The position numbers were made by a program, and so were the translations under genes. This document shows, one piece after another, positions 61,335 through 64,000 of a stretch of DNA of 64,000 bases (positions are counted from its first letter, which is position 1; every line of letters starts with the position of its first letter). Source of the DNA: Octopus sinensis (Eukaryota). The stretch lies in assembly GCF_006345805.1 (NCBI RefSeq), contig NC_043000.1, forward strand, positions 3,162,001 to 3,226,000. The letters are read 5' to 3'. The notes under the pieces were generated by a model. The model made no database searches, was not told the DNA's origin, and was given only the letters and a program-made list of their open reading frames with translations.

Positions 61335-61880
61335 AATTGTTAAACAGGACAACAAACCTTAAGGCAAGGTAAATATCTCAAGTTGCATGTAATATCATTA
61401 TTAGAAAAAATTTGAAGTCTTACAGCTGTTTCTGGGATATTCCCGAGTATGGGATATTCCGTCATCAGAGACAGATGGGAAAAATGAGAATGTTATATAT
61501 TAATAAAATGATGACATAGAGGAAGGGAGTAAAAGAATAAGGAAATGGAAAGAAAGAAGGAAAAAGAAGCATAAAAGTTCTCTGGATGTCTACTATATCA
61601 GGATTTTAACCCACACAGATCTATGCAGGATTGCACCTAAGGACTTACGCTCATGGATCTACACAGGATCACAACTAAGGACTCATGCTTTGGTTTCTAT
61701 AACATCAGAAAGTTGAACTATGAACTTTTATGCCTCATTTTTTTCTCTTTCTTTCCATCTCCTTATTCATTTGCTTCCTTTCTCTATGTCGTCATCTCAT
61801 TAATATATACCATTCACATTTTCTCTATTTTGCCCTATTTGTCTCTGATGACGGAATATCCCACTCAGGAATATATCCAC
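61335..61880. mobile_element. Penelope-like non-autonomous fragment with inverted repeats
   Basis: About 61433-61580 and 61722-61875 are diverged reverse complements, each carrying the gtctctgatgacggaatatccc hammerhead start. Confidence 0.6.
61417..61472 (-). ncRNA. Type I hammerhead ribozyme motif with intact core
   Basis: Minus strand reads GTCT CTGATGA c ggaatatccc-atactc-gggaatatccca GAA ACAGCTGT A AGAC: helix I GTCT/AGAC, palindromic helix III ACAGCTGT, cleavage triplet GUA, long imperfect helix II. Confidence 0.8.
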
Positions 61881-62028
61881 TGCATCGGAAATATGGAATG
61901 GATCCATAACTACCATCTTGGCTGTAACCTTGGAACCCTAGTAATCCTTTACAGCACTTACCTAGCGTACCCAATCATTTAGATCACTTGTGAACTAAGC
62001 CCCCATACTTTATATATATATATATATA

Positions 62029-62453
62029 TCATCATCATCATCATCATTTAGCGTCCGTTTTCCATGCTAGCATGGGTTGGACGGTTCAACTGGGGTCTGT
62101 GAAGCCAGAAGGCCGCATCAGGCCCAGTCTGATCTGGCAGTGTTTCTACGGCTGGATGCCCTTCCTAACGCCAACCACTCCGCGAGTGTAGTGGGTGCTT
62201 TTTACGTGCCACCCGCACAGGAGCCAGACGGAGCTGGCAAACGGCCATCAACGGATGGTGCTTTTACGTGCCACCGGCACGGGGGCCAGGCGGGGCTGGC
62301 AACGGACACGAACGAATGGTGCTTTTACGTGCCACCGGCACGGGGCCAGTCGGGGCGGCGCTGGCAACGGCCACGAACGGATGGCGCATTTTACGTGCCA
62401 CCAGCACGGGAGCCAGGTGAGGCTGGCAATGGCCACGAACGGATGGTGCTTTT
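62029..62453 (-). mobile_element. Family-B element with about five hairpin units
   Basis: (ATC)n tail, reverse complement of the family-B core and repeated ggtgcttttacgtgccacc units, followed by (GATA)n at 62454-62535. Confidence 0.85.
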
Positions 62454-62454
62454 T

Positions 62455-62531
<77 letters not shown>

Positions 62532-63156
62532 CAGATATAGATATATTAATATTTAGCAGAAGTAACAGAGTAATTCAAGGTCCAAGAGTTTCATGTGTTG
62601 ATAAGTGCCAATGCACGAAACTTTCAGACCTTGAGTCACTCTGTTACTTTTGCTAAATATTAATAAAAGTATAAACTCACATTTTTAATTCTATTTTTCC
62701 TGTTTGCATCACCATAATTATATATTTAACACAAAGTATAAACAATGGTCATTACATATTTTCCCTTTATTAGAATAAATTTGGCTTACAGTTGTTTCCA
62801 GTAGTCTTTATAGGTACATTACTGACAGGTTAACTCAATTGATCTATTGATCTGTTGAGAAAAATTGAACAACCTACAAAAATTAATGCTACTTTTGTCA
62901 GAGCCATTTCTGATTATAACAAAGTAGAATCCTGAAGGAATGGTATGTGCATGGGTGGGATTTGAAGAAAAGTGGGAAAGAGGCCAATAGAATAGAGAAA
63001 AAGTGGAAGACAAGTTACAATAAGGGGAGGAGAAAGAAGGAAAGAATAGAGGATGGCCAAAATTTGCGAAAAGGACAGTCATAAAGCATTAGTGTTTGTA
63101 GTCAGGCCAATGCACATGAACATATTTGAATTGCTTTTAGGTTAGATATTCTCCAA

Positions 63157-63429
63157 ATCGTGAAGTATATTTGCCACTTAAATATGGCTAACCTCTAAGG
63201 GTGGATGCTACTGTAGCTTGTAGCCCCAGGAGGACACCTCCTCCAGCTGGCTATAGACACACTTTCTGTGCCCTTCCCGGGGAAGGATGGCTTCCCTTTG
63301 CAAATACTGATAGGGAACAGAAAGTGTGTCTATAGCCAGCTGGAGGAAGTGTTCTCCTGGGGCTACAAGGTACAGTAGCATCCACTCTTAGGGGTTAGCC
63401 ATATTTAAATGGCAAATATACTTCACGAT
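63157..63429. repeat. Long palindrome or MITE (~118-bp arms, 37-nt spacer)
   Basis: 63157-63274 is the near-perfect reverse complement of 63312-63429. Confidence 0.9.
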
Positions 63430-64000
63430 GTGTTGCAGCTACTGTTTATACCTCACTCAGAGATTTATTTTTGCTTATTCTCCAAATGTTGTTTTGCAAT
63501 TTGATATGGGCCATTTACACACATGATCATCTTAGATTTCAATATTTGGACATTGGTACTAACAAGCATAGTAGGTGAATTGTATTAGAAAATGAATGAA
63601 ATATCAGTAGTAATCATATGAAGTAGAGGTTGAAATAGCTCTGATTAGCTAGGATATAAAATACTGATAGATTGAGAGATATGAGGTTGAAATGAAATAA
63701 AGTCATGTTGAGTAGTTTAAAGTCAAATAACATTGGAGACTGGATATAATTTCAAATTGAACTCATTAAAGGAGTTTTAGAATTTAAACCATTAAATAGA
63801 TTATGAATTAAGATTTGAACAAAAGTTAAAATTTATAAATTTAGCATTAAAGCAAACTAAAGATAAAAAGAATTAAAATCATTTTATGAAATAATAGTTA
63901 ATACTAAAACAATGATGATGATGATGATGATGACGATGACAATAATAATACCAATAATAATAAAATATATAAAATAGTAATAATAAATAATAATGATAAT

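Overview
AT-rich, microsatellite-laden eukaryotic genomic DNA. The repeat families resemble octopus SINEs and RTE LINEs, so a coleoid cephalopod (probably Octopus) is inferred. The only supportable gene is the 3' half of a proton/myo-inositol cotransporter (SLC2A13/HMIT) on the + strand: five phase-compatible exons at 5419-5582, 14477-14591, 16012-16253, 18774-18926 and 23833-24053 (stop TAG), with a non-canonical GC-AG last intron. The rest is a dense mobile-element landscape: several tRNA-derived SINE families, RTE, CR1/L2-group and R4/Dong LINE fragments, mariner/Tc1 relics, Helitrons, a hAT MITE with an 8-bp TSD, a candidate solo LTR and several long palindromes. The most unusual signal is six minimal type I hammerhead ribozyme motifs of the Penelope type, from four different repeat contexts. 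Two of them sit in a tRNA-headed SINE that inserted as a head-to-head inverted dimer with one TSD, and a third copy of that family begins at the predicted self-cleavage site. Matching tails also link two short-repeat families to LINEs present in the same window. All calls were made by eye; no database searches were run.
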